Assembly: GCF_902459465.1 (NCBI RefSeq)
Contig: NC_047065.1
Location: forward strand, 10,044,001 to 10,108,000
Reading direction: 5' to 3'
From: Asterias rubens
Lineage: Eukaryota
DNA: 64,000 nucleotides
Program-made: the position numbers and the translations under genes
Shown here: piece after piece, positions 60,990 through 64,000 of the stretch
How positions within the stretch are numbered: the first letter of the stretch is position 1
Layout: every line of letters begins with the position of its first letter
Notes under the pieces: model-generated
The model's database searches: none
Told to the model about the DNA's origin: nothing
Seen by the model: the letters and a program-made list of their open reading frames with translations, nothing else

Positions 60990-63821
60990 CGTTTCTAAAG
61001 TGCACCGTTGTTCCTATCAATGTTTAAGAAAAACCTCAAAGAACTAATTTTAGTGCCACTTGATGTACATGCCAAATGTACAGTATATTGCACCCGTACA
61101 TAGGTGACATTTCGGGGTCACCTTCATATATTGTACGATGGTGGATTGTGTGATGAATGGCGGTTATCTTGGGAGGAAACGTGCGTAGCTAGTTGCCTTC
61201 CAGGACATAACCAGTTTAATTTAGGTTGTGGTGGGCATGGACGCATTGAGACTCCCTGTCAAGTTTATCAACCCACAACGAACACAAAAGTAAAATGACG
61301 AATGATCAAGAAATACAATAGCGACAAGGCTAATAAATGAATAGAACTAGTGCTCCAAGGCTTTACTTGACTCAGTTCTTATGCAGATTTAACTTAACTC
61401 AGCCGCAAAACGCAATATCTGACGAGGTTGACATGGCTTAGCCTTGACTTCGACCTAATGGACGTGACTCGACTCGGAGCACAATATTTGTCTCATGTCA
61501 GATAAGACTAAAACGTAGATTTGACTGTTTAGTGACTCAAAACGTATTACGGATAAGGCTGGAAGCGGACGTTACACATAATGGGCTTGATTGATCAGCC
61601 AGAAGACAATATTGAATAGGCCAAGTGGGTCGTAAAAAACACGACTGAGACGACTACAGGTAACAGAATGTTCGGCCGTGTTCGAAACTCTAACTATGGA
61701 CTTGGGCTTGGTCTGGGCTATTGTTTTGGTTCCGTCAATGAATTAGAATGCATGTGGGCAATTCCACGGTCAGTCGCATTACACTTTTCAGTGTCATTTC
61801 TCGATCTTGGTGCTAGAAGTTCTATGTGAGATATTCTTTCCACTAAGTTTATAGACTGATTTGTACTTGACACCCAAGACTTTGAATTGATAATATTAGA
61901 AATGTTGTGGGCGTTGTACTCTGGATGTTATAACGTTGTAAATAGCGGTCAGTCGCATTTCACAAAAAGGACATGGTAAAAAAAAACTTGTCACAATTCA
62001 AAAATGTCCAATATCAAAAAGCTTGCGTAAGTGTTACTATTATGTAACACCCAACTCTTATACATGAGTATCCAACAGGATACTTATAAATGGTCAGCAA
62101 CTTGAACTTTTAGGTATACATGGCCAAACCATGGTCAGTCACAATATTACGGTCAGTCGCATTACAGTTTTCCAGACAATATAGCCACGCCTACATGGAG
62201 CCCAAGCTGAGTTCTCATTTGAAAAAATTAGGTTAATTCCTTGTCAACAACTAAAATTAAATTGGTTTTATATGTTAGCTATAACGTCGAGTTTAGTAGT
62301 TCTAATCGTCTACCGCATTCAAAATGGTGACGCGGGAGAGTCAATAGTAATGTTTTTTTATGATGTCAACTCGACATATATAACGTTCACCATTTTAATC
62401 GTTGCGTCCATCGTTTACAGTGACTGGCGTTCAACGTCTTGTTTTAAAAATCAATTATAGTTTAATTCTGAAATCTATAGATTATGTTTGTTACAGTGTA
62501 GATCTACATCCTTTCCCAGAATACAAAAGCATTGTACATAGGTATTCTCCTCCAAAAGAGCACGCCCGGCTAAAAAAAAAATATTAAATTGACAAGGCAA
62601 GAGCGCGACGTCTGTAACCACCTCGTGCAACAGCCCGTTCTACACAACAGTGTCGAACCTAAATCAAAGTTTCGCGCTAAACGTCGATCTTTTGTCGAAT
62701 TTTTTACGAAAAATTTGTTCCAGTCCGACACGCCAATCAACCAAACAACTTTCTAGCCAGAAGTATAATGTAACACTTCAGACTTAATTTTCTTTGAAAG
62801 CAATTAAGGGCACGTGTTGAAATATTCCATATATTAGAAAAACACACAAATTTAATCTGAGTATAAAGTGTAAACAAACAGTGCATAGCAATCATTTCTT
62901 GTGCCAGGTTTTATTAATGACATATCTATAGGGTTTTAATAAATGTACTAGTCAATAAACCAATGTTGCTTTAAACGATTCCGTTGACGTTCTTGAAAAA
63001 TAAACCAAGACAGAACCGCCGTGCCTGGAATTCCAGTAGTCTCAAGAGTCATTTCGATATGTTGGTATGTACAATATGCAAGCAACAGCCGCTAGGAGGA
63101 GTGTCAAGGAGGTATTAACTCACTATATGTTGTTTAATGAGATGTGGATTGATTGAGCTCCCATCTCATGCTTTTATAATTACGACTAAATGCTCACTGA
63201 TGAGTTTATCGAGCTAAGTTTTCTTTAATTCCAACCTCTACCCCAGACACAACCTCTACACAAGACTCGTTTGAAAGAGAGAGAGAGGGAGAGCGCAAGT
63301 CTCAGTGAACTTTTTAGTAGATTTCTTATAATAGGCCCTACATCAGCTACGGAGTGTACTCCACGCCACTCAGTTTATCTGGAAAATCAAATGTTTGACT
63401 TGTGGAAGTTGATATAAAATAATGCAGATACTCAAGGCTGTATTGAATACACATTGTTGAATAGTGGAATGTGTACGTGGGACACGTTTGGTGATTATCA
63501 AGGGAGAAAATAACAATATAATATTCAGAAGCTAAAACTTGATATAAATTGCTGGTATACTCGTTGTCGTGGCTATATTTCTTCACAGAAAACAACACAA
63601 ACTCACATAGTGTTCAAGCAGTGCTTCATGGTAAAACTGTTCACATATAAAAAATATATATATGATATTACTACCGGGAGTTTTATTTGTGTGAAACCTG
63701 AACGAGTTGCGATCGGTTTAACCACAGACTTTGAAGTGATGCCCTTAAAACATTCCCTGGGCACTTTTGAACCTAGTTAATATATTTGGCATTGGTCAAG
63801 CGTCTTTTAAATAAAGATCCC

Positions 63822-63920
63822 TTAAAGACACTGGACACCTTCGGTAATTGTCAAAGACCACGATTCTCACTTGATGTATCTCAACATATGCATACAATAA
63901 CAAATCTGTGAAAGTTTGGA
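63822..63920. mobile_element. TTAA MITE end fragment
   Basis: TTAA|AGACACTGGACACCTTCGGTAATTGTCAAAGACC. Confidence 0.75.
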
Positions 63921-64000
63921 CTTGTTGCTTTTTATCAAAATATAAGGTAAACAAAGTATCCAATCAACAATTATTTTGATTAATTTAATTATAATACCGT

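Overview
AT-rich animal (metazoan) genomic DNA, probably an invertebrate deuterostome such as an echinoderm; this is inferred from the repeat landscape and not verified. It contains (1) the last three coding exons of an unidentified + strand gene (868-3617) and (2) a complete, phase-consistent 7-exon Neto (neuropilin and tolloid-like) gene on the - strand (31538->10603). The exons sum to 1503 nt, i.e. 500 aa plus stop, encoding signal peptide-CUB-CUB-LDLa-TM-cytoplasmic tail. No convincing coding exon was found in 31.6-64 kb. Neto intron 6 holds a nested transposon stack: a foldback-type long-TIR element, interrupted by a decayed near full-length Neptune-type Penelope-like retroelement (RT + GIY-YIG) that carries a minimal hammerhead ribozyme and has two further insertions. 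About 20 copies of a TTAA/Kolobok-like MITE family, two hAT-like elements with 8-bp TSDs, three TAG-ended elements with 9-bp TSDs, SINE fragments and several minisatellites are also present. Top observations: an 18 x 36-bp array of in-frame 3' splice-site copies in front of Neto exon 4; a sense-strand hammerhead with an inactivating GAAA->AAAA change; and loss of both cysteines of the first CUB1 disulfide.
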